This document shows positions 40,564 to 49,783 of a stretch of DNA of 64,000 bases, in pieces. The translations under genes and the position numbers were made by a program. Under the pieces are notes generated by a model. It did no database searches. It saw only the letters and a program-made list of their open reading frames with translations, and had not been told where the DNA came from. How positions within the stretch are numbered: the first letter of the stretch is position 1; every line of letters begins with the position of its first letter. The stretch covers positions 1,504,001 to 1,568,000 of the forward strand of contig CAVZQN010000004.1 of NCBI GenBank assembly GCA_963777505.1, in the 5' to 3' direction. Source of the stretch: an uncultured bacterium (lineage in GTDB: Bacteria; Acidobacteriota; HRBIN11; JAKEFK01).

Positions 40564-40620
40564 ATTCTCGCTACAAAGAGCACTTAAAGGTAAAATGGAC
40601 TCTGTGCCTTTGTGGTGAAT

Positions 40621-41586
40621 ATGCTGCTGGATGAAATTCAGACTCGAAGTTCGGCTTTTTCCAGCACATTAGCTTTAATACGGCGCGTTTCCAGTACAGA
40701 TACAAATATTTTGCTGGCCGGAGAAACGGGCAGTGGAAAGGATTTTGTTGCCGGTTTGATTCACGACGCAAGCCCCCGCCGTTCTGCCCCTTTTCTAAAA
40801 ATTGACTGCGCTTCAATTCCATCCTCACTCGCTGAAAGCGAATTCTTTGGCTATGAAAAAGGAGCTTTTAGCGACGCTTATCAATCAAGAACAGGAAAAC
40901 TAAGACTCGCTGACGGCGGTACTCTTTATTTCGACGGCATCAATCATTTACCCGCAAGAATTCAATCCAAACTCCTTCGATTTGTTCAGGAGCGAAATGT
41001 TGAACCCCTTGGAGGTACCAGAACATATTCCGTGGATTGCCGGTTGATCGCTTCTTGCACCGCACCAGTCAAAACATGCTTGAAAGAAAAACAATTGCGT
41101 GAAGATTTGTACTTCAGATTGGCAGGTGTACTGATTGAACTTCCGCCTCTTAAAAATAGGATTGAAGATCTGGAAATTCTAATCTCAAATATTTTGGAAG
41201 AATTGTCACAGAAGTATCGGAAAAACCCCGCCGTATCCGAGAATTCGATGAAATTGTTAAAAGAATATGCATGGCCTGGAAATATTCGCGAACTGCGTAA
41301 TGTTTTGGAGCGCGCTGTCATTCATGGCAATCATCCGATTCAGCCGGGCGACTTAGTTTTTAATCAATCTGCAGCCGATGCTTCGTACCTGGCTCACGCT
41401 GCGGATCGGATGATTAGTCTAGAAGATCTTGAAAGCAGGTATATTACCGAAGTTTTAAGGCACGTTCGAGGTCATCTTGGAAAAGCGGCCACAATCTTAA
41501 ACATCAATCGCAAAACGCTGCTTGAAAAACGGAAAAAATACGGGGTTCAGATTCACCACAAAGGCACAAAGAAGAATAAACAATGA
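40621..41586 (+). CDS. Sigma-54-interaction (bEBP) AAA+ protein with Fis-type HTH, no sensory domain, degenerate motifs
   Basis: GETGSGKD, ESEFFGYEKGAFSDA, TLYFDGI (Walker B E>G), REDLYFRL, WPGNIRELRN, C-terminal HTH. Confidence 0.85.
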   Translation: MLLDEIQTRSSAFSSTLALIRRVSSTDTNILLAGETGSGKDFVAGLIHDASPRRSAPFLKIDCASIPSSLAESEFFGYEKGAFSDAYQSRTGKLRLADGGTLYFDGINHLPARIQSKLLRFVQERNVEPLGGTRTYSVDCRLIASCTAPVKTCLKEKQLREDLYFRLAGVLIELPPLKNRIEDLEILISNILEELSQKYRKNPAVSENSMKLLKEYAWPGNIRELRNVLERAVIHGNHPIQPGDLVFNQSAADASYLAHAADRMISLEDLESRYITEVLRHVRGHLGKAATILNINRKTLLEKRKKYGVQIHHKGTKKNKQ

Positions 41587-42023
41587 AGGTGCGCGTTCTG
41601 TGGCCAGGCAAAACAAAGCACAAACATTTTCGGGATGCTGTTGATGATTATTCCAGCCGTATCAAGCATTTCGTCCCATTTGAAATTATCGAAACTAAAG
41701 AGCATTCCGCAGTAGATCGGAATCAAAAACGGAGAGTCAGGCTGGAAAGTAAAGCCTTAAAAAATGCCGCAGGCAAAAGCATCGTAGTTCTTGATCCGGG
41801 CGGAAAACAGCTCACCTCCGAGGATTTTGCATTCTGGATCGAAAAACAGAATAAAGACGTTGATTTTATTGTCGGAGGACCTGCCGGGTTAGACATTGAA
41901 AATGCAACCCTAAAGTTGAGTCTTTCAAAATGGACCATCCCCCATGATTTAGTCCGTGTTGTGCTCCTGGAGCAGATTTACAGGGCATTTACCATCCTGA
42001 AAAACATCCCTTACCACAAATAA
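41583..42023 (+). CDS. rlmH: 23S rRNA pseudouridine-1915 N3-methyltransferase
   Basis: FIVGGPAG, LSLSKWTIPH, LLEQIYRA, PYHK. Confidence 0.95.
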   Translation: MKVRVLWPGKTKHKHFRDAVDDYSSRIKHFVPFEIIETKEHSAVDRNQKRRVRLESKALKNAAGKSIVVLDPGGKQLTSEDFAFWIEKQNKDVDFIVGGPAGLDIENATLKLSLSKWTIPHDLVRVVLLEQIYRAFTILKNIPYHK

Positions 42024-42142
42024 ATCAATAAATTAGCAATTCCTAAACTTTGTCCTATATTTTGAAAGTTGTCTTTTAATATGAATTTGACTATCATTTG
42101 TCATTCATTTTTTGGTAATTCCGAACTTGAGGGAGATTTTAG

Positions 42143-42502
42143 ATGGATAAGAGACATCTCGAAAAATACCGCAAAAGATTAGATGAAAAGCGGCAGGAAA
42201 TCGTAAGGGATTTCCAGAAGAATGTGAACTATAGAAAAGAATCAGTTGCGGATGATGGCACACAGGACATTGCGGATAAAGCCAACATGGCCTACAACAA
42301 AGAATTTATCTTCAGCCTGACTGACGCTGAGCGCGACTTATTGTCGTTGATTGAAGACGCTATCAAGCGGGTTGAAGATGGGGAGTTCGGAGTATGCTCA
42401 TCCTGCGAAAGTGACATAAAGACTACAAGGCTTGAAGCCGTACCCTGGGCTAAATATTGCTTGAATTGCCAGGAGTTGCAGGAACAGGGCTTATTGGATT
42501 AA
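42143..42502 (+). CDS. dksA: DksA/TraR family zinc-finger regulator
   Basis: DIADKA (DxxDxA), CSSC...RLEAVPWAKYCLNCQ. Confidence 0.88.
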   Translation: MDKRHLEKYRKRLDEKRQEIVRDFQKNVNYRKESVADDGTQDIADKANMAYNKEFIFSLTDAERDLLSLIEDAIKRVEDGEFGVCSSCESDIKTTRLEAVPWAKYCLNCQELQEQGLLD

Positions 42503-42513
42503 ATTATGTATGA

Positions 42514-43870
42514 ATGAGTGGGAGACTGGGGCTGGCGATTGCGTCACTGCTCATTCTTATTTTCTTCTTAATTCTCGCGGGGCTCGATCAGCGTACACAC
42601 CTTTTTGACCTTCGCTTTCTTCAAGTTGAAACTTCGCTTTACTTTGTTTCAATCATTGTTTTGGGTTTAGGCGCATTTTTGATGTTTCTATTTGTTTCTG
42701 CGCTTTCTCCATTCCGTTCACGTAAATCTTTTGAAAATCAGCAGATAGCTCTTAAAAAATATTCAACATCAGATGTGATCCGTTCTGCTGAAATTGCATT
42801 GCTTGCCGGCGATACGGAGCGTGCTGCCAATTTACTATCGCAAGTTGCACCTGAGCATCCAGAGATGTGGCTTGCAAAAAAGTTATCGGGTGATCTGGCA
42901 GTAATGACAGGCGAGTCGATGAAGGCGGAACAGTTGTATCAACTGAGTATCGGCGAAGCATCCGGTGAAAATCAGGTACCCGCTCTTCTTTCATTGGCAG
43001 GAATTTGTTTGGCTGAGGAACGGCTTGATGAAGCAGATGATTTGTACAAACGGATCCATCGGATTCTACCCGGTGCAATCGAACCGCTTTTAAGATTGCG
43101 AGGCATCGCCGTTCAAAGCGAAAAATGGAATGAAGCTTTGGGATGGCAGGAAATTCTGGAACGCGAATTTCGAAAAGATGGAGAGGAAGCCTCCGAGCAG
43201 TTAATAGAAGGTGCAGGGATTCGATGCGAGCTCGCCCGCGCGGAATTAGAAAATGGTTCAGCAAAGAACGCTTCTGCATTGATAAAACATGTTTGCAGAA
43301 TGACTGAGAATTATCCGGCTGCTTATCTTATAAACGGCGAAATACAAAAACAGATTTCGGGTCCTTCTTCAGCATATCGTATTTGGGATCGCGGTTTTCA
43401 AAAGACATTCAATCCTGCGCTTTTGCTCTGCATTGGAGATTTTTTTCTGGATAGTGGTCTGCCGGAACGTGCGATCGAATACTTTCAGTCGGCCGTGCGA
43501 ATGAAACCAGATCCTGCACTTCAATTTTGTTTGGCGGATCTCCATTCACGCCTTGAAATGAATAATGAAGCAATCAAGTTGTTTGAGAATCTGGTTCAAA
43601 GCTATCCTTCATGGCCGTTGCCGTCTAAAAGCCTTGCGAGTTTGTATCGTAAAACGGGCAAGACCGCGGAAGCGGCATGCTTTATATGCGAAGCTCATGG
43701 ATAAAGTGGATATAATACTACAATGGCAGTGTTACAATTGTAGTATGTCCTATTCCATTTATAGCGGCTATTGCAAGGAATGCGGGCAGTGGAATACAAT
43801 TCAGTTTAATCAAGAACAGGCGGGGTTCGGAGTTAAAGATGAACAGAACCACGCCGTTATCCGTTATTAG
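42514..43870 (+). CDS. LapB/YciM-like TPR protein with C-terminal rubredoxin-type zinc ribbon; split by a +1 frameshift near 43678
   Basis: Two N-terminal TMs, TPRs; removing one base at about 43678 continues into ALYAKLMDK...WQCYNC...CKECGQWNTI. Confidence 0.7.
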
Positions 43871-44597
43871 GCAATTCTCGCTTCCACTGAATCAACTTCG
43901 CAAATCATTTTTGGCGCTTCTATTTCCATGGTCCTGCCCAGGATGCAATACACTGCTCGTATATCCGCGCGTCTTATGTGAAGCCTGTGAGCTGCTGCTG
44001 CCAAGAATCCATGCGCCTTTCTGCAAACGATGTGGATCGCCTTTTCCGGAGTATTGGCGAGTAAAAATCTGCGCGGAATGTAAACTTCAAAAACCAATAG
44101 TGACTGCGATCAGGTCCGCATTTCATTATGAAGAGCTGGCTGCTCAAATGATTAAGGAAGCAAAATATATGAGAAAGGGGCGTTATCTTCGCTACTTTGC
44201 AGAAATGCTTTTTGTTCTGGCGCGGACTGAATTTCCTGCTTCGATTAAAGCGGTAGTGCCCGTACCGTTGCATCGAAGCAAGCAATGGAATCGGACCTTT
44301 AATCAAGCTGAAATTCTTGCTCGTGGAATTGCGGACTTATGGGGTATTCCCGTTTGGAATGTTTTGAGGAAAAGTAAAATCACGTTGCCTCAAAGTTCTC
44401 TGTCAGGAACTGTCAGGCGGTTGAATTTGCAAAATACATTTCAATTCCGAACGAACAACAAGAGATATAACTCCGTCTTGCTTGTTGATGATGTGATCAC
44501 GACAGGGAGTACACTTCGTGAATGTTCCCGAATTCTCAAACGAAATGGTGTCAGGCGAGTCTTTGGTGTCACAATTGCTCGGGCCGAACTGCGCTGA
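43839..44597 (+). CDS. comF: ComF family double-zinc-ribbon phosphoribosyltransferase
   Basis: LFPWSCPGC, VPVPLH, FNQAE, LLVDDVITTGST. Confidence 0.9.
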   Translation: MNRTTPLSVIRQFSLPLNQLRKSFLALLFPWSCPGCNTLLVYPRVLCEACELLLPRIHAPFCKRCGSPFPEYWRVKICAECKLQKPIVTAIRSAFHYEELAAQMIKEAKYMRKGRYLRYFAEMLFVLARTEFPASIKAVVPVPLHRSKQWNRTFNQAEILARGIADLWGIPVWNVLRKSKITLPQSSLSGTVRRLNLQNTFQFRTNNKRYNSVLLVDDVITTGSTLRECSRILKRNGVRRVFGVTIARAELR

Positions 44598-44644
44598 CTC
44601 TCACCCTTTATGGTTCAATTTAGCTGTGGTAACGTAAGCGATTC

Positions 44645-45604
44645 ATGAATTGGAGCAAGAGCTATGTTTTGAAAAAAATTGCAGAAATGCGGATGGAAGA
44701 ATTCATCGCATATCTTTTTTTCATCCCATGTCTTGCAATTACAATGCGTGCGAACTTTCACTTTTGGCTGGAAGGTTTTGGTCACGGTAGGAGAATCGTA
44801 AGCGGTCTCTGGAGAATTGCAATTGTCGCGCTGCTGATGCCTCTGATTCCATATCTGGCTCGAAAAGCGACTGGCTCACGATTTTTTACGATTGTCAGAA
44901 ATTCGCTTCCCTTTTTGATCGCCATTGCAATCTATACAAACCTGCATGACACAATTCACTTTGTGAATCCGAATGATGTTGCCGACTGGTTTTTGACAGC
45001 GGATATCTGGTTATTTGGAGTTGAACCAACGATCTGGGCTCAGAAATTTTATAAACCCTGGCTCACCGAATTGCTTTCGTTTTTCTATGCCGTTTATCTA
45101 CCTTTGACCATCCTGCTTCCATTAGTGTTGTATATCAAGAAGCAAGATTTACAGGCAAGACAAACTCTAGTTGGAATTGTTTTGTGTTTTTATTGGGGTT
45201 ATGTTCTTTACATTCTGTTTCCGACGGTGCCGCCGCGATTATGGATTGCTGATCAATACACATTGAATCTGGAAGGCGGGCTCCTTCATTCAACGCAACG
45301 AGCGATGGTTTCCATAACTCCGTCAAGCTCTCGTGCCGCCTTTCCTTCACTGCATGCAGGCATTACTTTGCTTTCTTTGCTGTATTCCTGGCGTTTTATC
45401 AGGAAACTTTTTTGGTTCTTATTACCGCTTGCGATTGGGCTTCATGTTGCGACAATTTATTTGCGGCATCATTACATTGTCGATTGGTTTGCGGGGTGGG
45501 GTCTGGGAATTTTGTCCTACAAATATTCGCCAGCATGGGATCGCGCTTGGGAGAAATTCCGAAAAACTCTAAGATCACGAATGGAAACTGGCGTGTTATC
45601 ATAA
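44645..45604 (+). CDS. PAP2-superfamily membrane enzyme (AUR1/IPC-synthase-like)
   Basis: Multi-TM; FPTVPP, AFPSLH, YLRHHYIVD motifs. Confidence 0.82.
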   Translation: MNWSKSYVLKKIAEMRMEEFIAYLFFIPCLAITMRANFHFWLEGFGHGRRIVSGLWRIAIVALLMPLIPYLARKATGSRFFTIVRNSLPFLIAIAIYTNLHDTIHFVNPNDVADWFLTADIWLFGVEPTIWAQKFYKPWLTELLSFFYAVYLPLTILLPLVLYIKKQDLQARQTLVGIVLCFYWGYVLYILFPTVPPRLWIADQYTLNLEGGLLHSTQRAMVSITPSSSRAAFPSLHAGITLLSLLYSWRFIRKLFWFLLPLAIGLHVATIYLRHHYIVDWFAGWGLGILSYKYSPAWDRAWEKFRKTLRSRMETGVLS

Positions 45605-45608
45605 GCGA

Positions 45609-46724
45609 ATGCTGAAGCATCTATTAGTTCTGATGCTTTCGTTTTATCCGTTATTTTTGGAGGCACTTGAGACCCTCATTGTTCCTCGATCGGATCTGCC
45701 GCTAAAGAAAAGCTACATTTTTTCTGACCCATCTCGCAGCGAATTGATTCTCTTTTACGAAAAATTAACCAAACCATCATCCACTTTAATCGTCGAAAGG
45801 AGACGCGTTGGGGATCGTACGGTTATTGCAAAGTTTTCTTTGCGCTTGGAGCCCGGTCAAACAACACGTCTGGCTGACTATGTTCCAGGAAATTCGGTTA
45901 TTCTGGCCCTGGTTCAACATAATAAGTCTCAAGCCCTATTCACTCTATCAATTAATGTTTTAAGCCGAGGAGTGATTCGTTCATCATTGTTCACGATTGA
46001 AGAGGCAAGGAGGGCTGATCGTTCGCTGCGCCGCTTGTCGGTGGCAGGGATGATCTGGGACAAACGGGCAAGTAAGGAATCCCTCGTAATTAATGCATCG
46101 GCAGAAGAAAACACCGTTGCATTTCTTGCATCAATCGATGCTTCAGGACGGCGTATTGGAACCCCATCTCCGCTTAACAAAAGGCAGAAACATACTGACC
46201 TTGCAGTGAATAGCTGTGCGTCCACAATGGCATCCACAACAGAGACATCGATTCGCATCCTAAATGGAAATCGCGCTCGTAGTCTGATTACGCCTGAAGA
46301 AATATCATTCGATCCAGAATTATGTAGATACGCGGTGATCCGGCGTCCTTTTGACGAAATTCCCGAAATCTACTTTCTGGATGCTTCACTGAACACACAA
46401 GACTTTTTTACTCTTCCCGGTGCCGTGGCTCAAGGATTAATTGAGGAGTCACGAAATCAGCTGATTTATTCCCCGGAACGCAATAGCTTTTTCTATCCGA
46501 CAGCGGATGACCATGCAAAAATCTCACTGAGTGAAATTACTCAGAATGGAGTTAAGTTCGACGTCATTTCTACATCAATTGATTCGTCCAGCGTTTCCAT
46601 TACGACCGTTGGTGATCAGGTATTTCTACTGATTTCCGGATTAAGAGTTCGAACATTTGAACGGATTCATCAACTGATCCTTATTTCGGTGCCCCCTCCG
46701 ACGGGCACTGGTCCAATTCAATGA
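45609..46724 (+). CDS. Exported hypothetical protein
   Basis: 371 aa ORF, signal-peptide-like start, beta-rich; no recognised motif. Confidence 0.6.
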   Translation: MLKHLLVLMLSFYPLFLEALETLIVPRSDLPLKKSYIFSDPSRSELILFYEKLTKPSSTLIVERRRVGDRTVIAKFSLRLEPGQTTRLADYVPGNSVILALVQHNKSQALFTLSINVLSRGVIRSSLFTIEEARRADRSLRRLSVAGMIWDKRASKESLVINASAEENTVAFLASIDASGRRIGTPSPLNKRQKHTDLAVNSCASTMASTTETSIRILNGNRARSLITPEEISFDPELCRYAVIRRPFDEIPEIYFLDASLNTQDFFTLPGAVAQGLIEESRNQLIYSPERNSFFYPTADDHAKISLSEITQNGVKFDVISTSIDSSSVSITTVGDQVFLLISGLRVRTFERIHQLILISVPPPTGTGPIQ

Positions 46725-46769
46725 GGTGTGATGACGAAAAATAATTGTGATAACATTAAAAACCAGCGG

Positions 46770-46845
46770 GCGGGCATAACTCAGTTGGTAGAGTGCAAGC
46801 TTCCCAAGCTTGATGTCGCGGGTTCGAACCCCGTTGCCCGCTCCA
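46770..46845 (+). tRNA. tRNA-Gly (CCC)
   Basis: GCGGGCA/TGCCCGC acceptor stem, CAAGC-TTCCCAA-GCTTG anticodon arm, GGTTCGAACC, encoded CCA; 76 nt. Confidence 0.96.
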
Positions 46846-46864
46846 GAAACCTAATTACTGAGGG

Positions 46865-47447
46865 ATGGCTAATATGAAATTTTTTGACAACAAAAAAGAC
46901 AACAATGTGCCTCAACCCGAAACGCCTGCGCCTCCAGCTCCAGCTCCGGTACAGCAGCAGCAACCAAGACCTGCGGAGACAAGAGTAGCTCCTCCGGCTC
47001 CTGCTCCTGTCTCCTTCTCAAGCTCCAGCTCAGGTACCTTCACCTGCACCGGTTATGCAAAAACGCGGAAGCAGTACGATAATCGGAACCCTAATCACGA
47101 TTCGCGGTGACATCTCAGCTGAAGAAACCGTCACTATCGAAGGCTCCGTGGATGGGACCATAGAAACAACTCAGAACGTTATTGTAGCTCCTGAAGGCAG
47201 AGTTCGTGCTGATATCCGCGCATCAGTCGTTACAATTTCAGGCCGCGTAAAAGGGGATGTCTATGCGACTCACAAAGTTGACTTAACAGCTTCCGGACAA
47301 CTTGAGGGAAATATTCACGCTCCAAAACTTGCGATCGCTGAATCCGCGATGTTTAGAGGAAGCATCGATATGAGCCCACCGTCACCATCAAATCAGCCGA
47401 AAGGTGAAAGAAAGCTTCAACCTGAAGGTGAGCTGGTAAAGAACTAA
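46865..47447 (+). CDS. Bactofilin (polymer-forming cytoskeletal protein) with Pro-rich N-terminal tail; +1 frameshift near 47010
   Basis: Beta-helix repeats (IRGDI, IEGSVDGTI, ISGRVKGDV, AMFRGSIDM). The PA-rich tail continues PSQAPAQVPSPAPVMQ if one T at about 47010 is removed. Confidence 0.85.
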
Positions 47448-47462
47448 ATCGTTGTAAATAAG

Positions 47463-48955
47463 ATGAGCGTTCCTCGTTTCCGGAATCTGATTCGTGGAGA
47501 ATGGGTAGATTCCGTCTCCGGACGCACATTTTCTGACATCAATCCTGCCGATACGACGAGAAGTGTGCGGAGACTTTGCCGACAGCTCTCCTGAGGATTC
47601 ATTGGCAGCCGTTGATGCCGCACGTTCCGCATTTCAAAGTTGGCGTTTAACTCCTGCACCACGCCGTGCTGAAATCCTGTACCGCGCAGCTGAAATGATT
47701 GTTCGGCAAAAGGATGATCTTGCGCGTGATATGACGCGTGAAATGGGAAAAGTTTTCAAAGAAGCGGCCGGGGATGTTCAGGAAGCCATCGATATGACCT
47801 ATTACATTGCAGGTGAGGGACGCAGACTCCATGGTCATACAACGCCATCAGAGCTTCCGAACAAATATATGATGTCCCAGCGGGTACCGATTGGTGTGGC
47901 TGCAATGATTACACCCTGGAATTTTCCGATGGCGATTCCATCCTGGAAGATTGTGCCTGCTCTTGTCGCTGGAAATACAGTTGTTCTTAGACCTTCCCCC
48001 GAAGCTCCATTATCAGCCCATCATTTCGTTCGGATTCTCCATGAAGCAGGTATTCCACCCGGCGTCATCAATCTTGTAACTTCTTCTGGAAAAGAAGCTG
48101 CCGAGACGCTTGTTTCTCATCCGGATGTTCCAATCGTTTCATTTACCGGCAGCACACGTACCGGACAAATCATTAATGAGATGGCTGCACCAAAGTTTAA
48201 ACGGATTTCGCTTGAGATGGGCGGCAAAAATGCAATTCTCATTATGGATGATGCCGACCTGGATCTTGCAGCCGATGGCGCTCTTTGGGGCGGCTTTGGA
48301 ACTACAGGACAGCGTTGCACTGCAGCAAGCCGTTTGATAGTTCATGAAAGTATTCATGACTCTTTCCTGGAACGTTTTTTGCCGCGTGTAAAAGCGCTGC
48401 GTGTCGGAAATGGATTGGAGCCCAATGTCGATATGGGTCCTTGCATTAATGAAATACAGCTAAAAAAAGTTGAATCTTACGTTCAAACCGGGCGCGACGA
48501 AGGAGCGAAGCTGCTATGCGGTGGTGAACGCTTGAAGGGACAAACCTATGATCATGGTTATTTCTATTCCCCAACCGTATTCACCGATGTGACACGTCAA
48601 GATGAAAATTGCAAAGGAAGAAATATTCGGGCCAGTCGTTTCTGTGCTTCGCTGCAAAAATCTGGATGATGCAATTGAAATTTGTAACGGGACTGAATAT
48701 GGACTTTCAAGCTCGATCTATACAGGGAATGTTCATAATGCTTTTCGCGCGATGAGAGATTTGAACACAGGTATCACCTACATCAACGCTCCTACGATCG
48801 GCGCTGAAGTACATCTTCCATTCGGCGGGACCAAGCAGACAGGCAACGGACACCGGGAAGGAGGTCCAACTGTTCTGGATCTATACACCGAATGGAAAAC
48901 AATTTATGTAGATTTCAGCGGCCGCCTTCAAAAAGCACAAATCGACCCTCCTTAA
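47463..48955 (+). CDS. Aldehyde dehydrogenase family protein; two +1 frameshifts (about 47556 and 48600)
   Basis: Frame 1 [14 protein letters not shown]...INPADT; frame 2 [24 protein letters not shown]; frame 3 [17 protein letters not shown]. Confidence 0.88.
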
Positions 48956-48985
48956 TCCTCTGCGTCTCTGCGGTAAATTACAAAC

Positions 48986-49783
48986 ATGAATTGGCGATTG
49001 TTGATCCATCAGAATCTATATGGTGCGCGCCAGATGGCAATTGATGAAGCCTTGTACCGTTCCGCAATTGATATTGAACAACCAACACTCAGGCTTTACA
49101 CATGGCTGCAACCAACTTTGTCACTTGGCTATTTTCAAGACTACAAAAGGGTTGTATGCGAGCCTTATATCGTGCATAATAATATACATGTAGTACGACG
49201 ACTTACTGGCGGACGTGCCGTACTACACGATTTGGAGATGACATATGCGGTTGCGGCTCCGCTGGAACGAGGGGTTTTTCAAAACTGCACTTTGCAGGAA
49301 ACATATCAATTGATCGCTAAGGCACTGGACCTTGCATTGCAGAATCTGGGTGTAAAACGTTCTGCTATTTCCATGAAATCAGACGGGGGAAATAATAAAT
49401 CCAAAAAGCCTCAGTGCTTTGTTTCAGTCTCTCGCTATGAGCTGGCAGAAAACGACAAGAAAATTGTGGGCAGCGCACAAAAGCGTTCGCGCGATCGCTT
49501 TCTGCAGCATGGTTCAATTCTTCTGGATTTCAATCGCGAGCTGCAACGTGGCTGCGTGAATGATCCTGATCCGCAAATAGAAGAGAAGATCGCTCCACTT
49601 CGATGGATTCTTGGACGCACACCCGATTTTAATGAAGTCAGAAATCATGTTGTAGCCGGTTTTGAAGAAGTCTTCAACACAAGAATCGACGAGTCGCGCT
49701 TGCAACCAGCTGAAGAACAATTAGTGCGCGAATTGGAATTGAAATATCAAAGCGACGACTGGAATATCCGCGGATGCAAATAA
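48986..49783 (+). CDS. Lipoate-protein ligase family / octanoyltransferase LipM-like
   Basis: QMAIDEAL, LRLYTW, RRLTGGRAVLH, KKIVGSAQ, LQHGSI. Confidence 0.9.
   Translation: MNWRLLIHQNLYGARQMAIDEALYRSAIDIEQPTLRLYTWLQPTLSLGYFQDYKRVVCEPYIVHNNIHVVRRLTGGRAVLHDLEMTYAVAAPLERGVFQNCTLQETYQLIAKALDLALQNLGVKRSAISMKSDGGNNKSKKPQCFVSVSRYELAENDKKIVGSAQKRSRDRFLQHGSILLDFNRELQRGCVNDPDPQIEEKIAPLRWILGRTPDFNEVRNHVVAGFEEVFNTRIDESRLQPAEEQLVRELELKYQSDDWNIRGCK

Noticed and set aside
46770-46900. tRNA-Gly as the integration site of a genomic island
   Set aside because: No integrase and no duplicated tRNA 3' end seen; downstream genes are ordinary
7165-48955. Split ORFs as genuine pseudogenes or programmed frameshifts
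   Set aside because: All are +1 single-base insertions without slippery heptamers or other decay; sequencing error is more parsimonious
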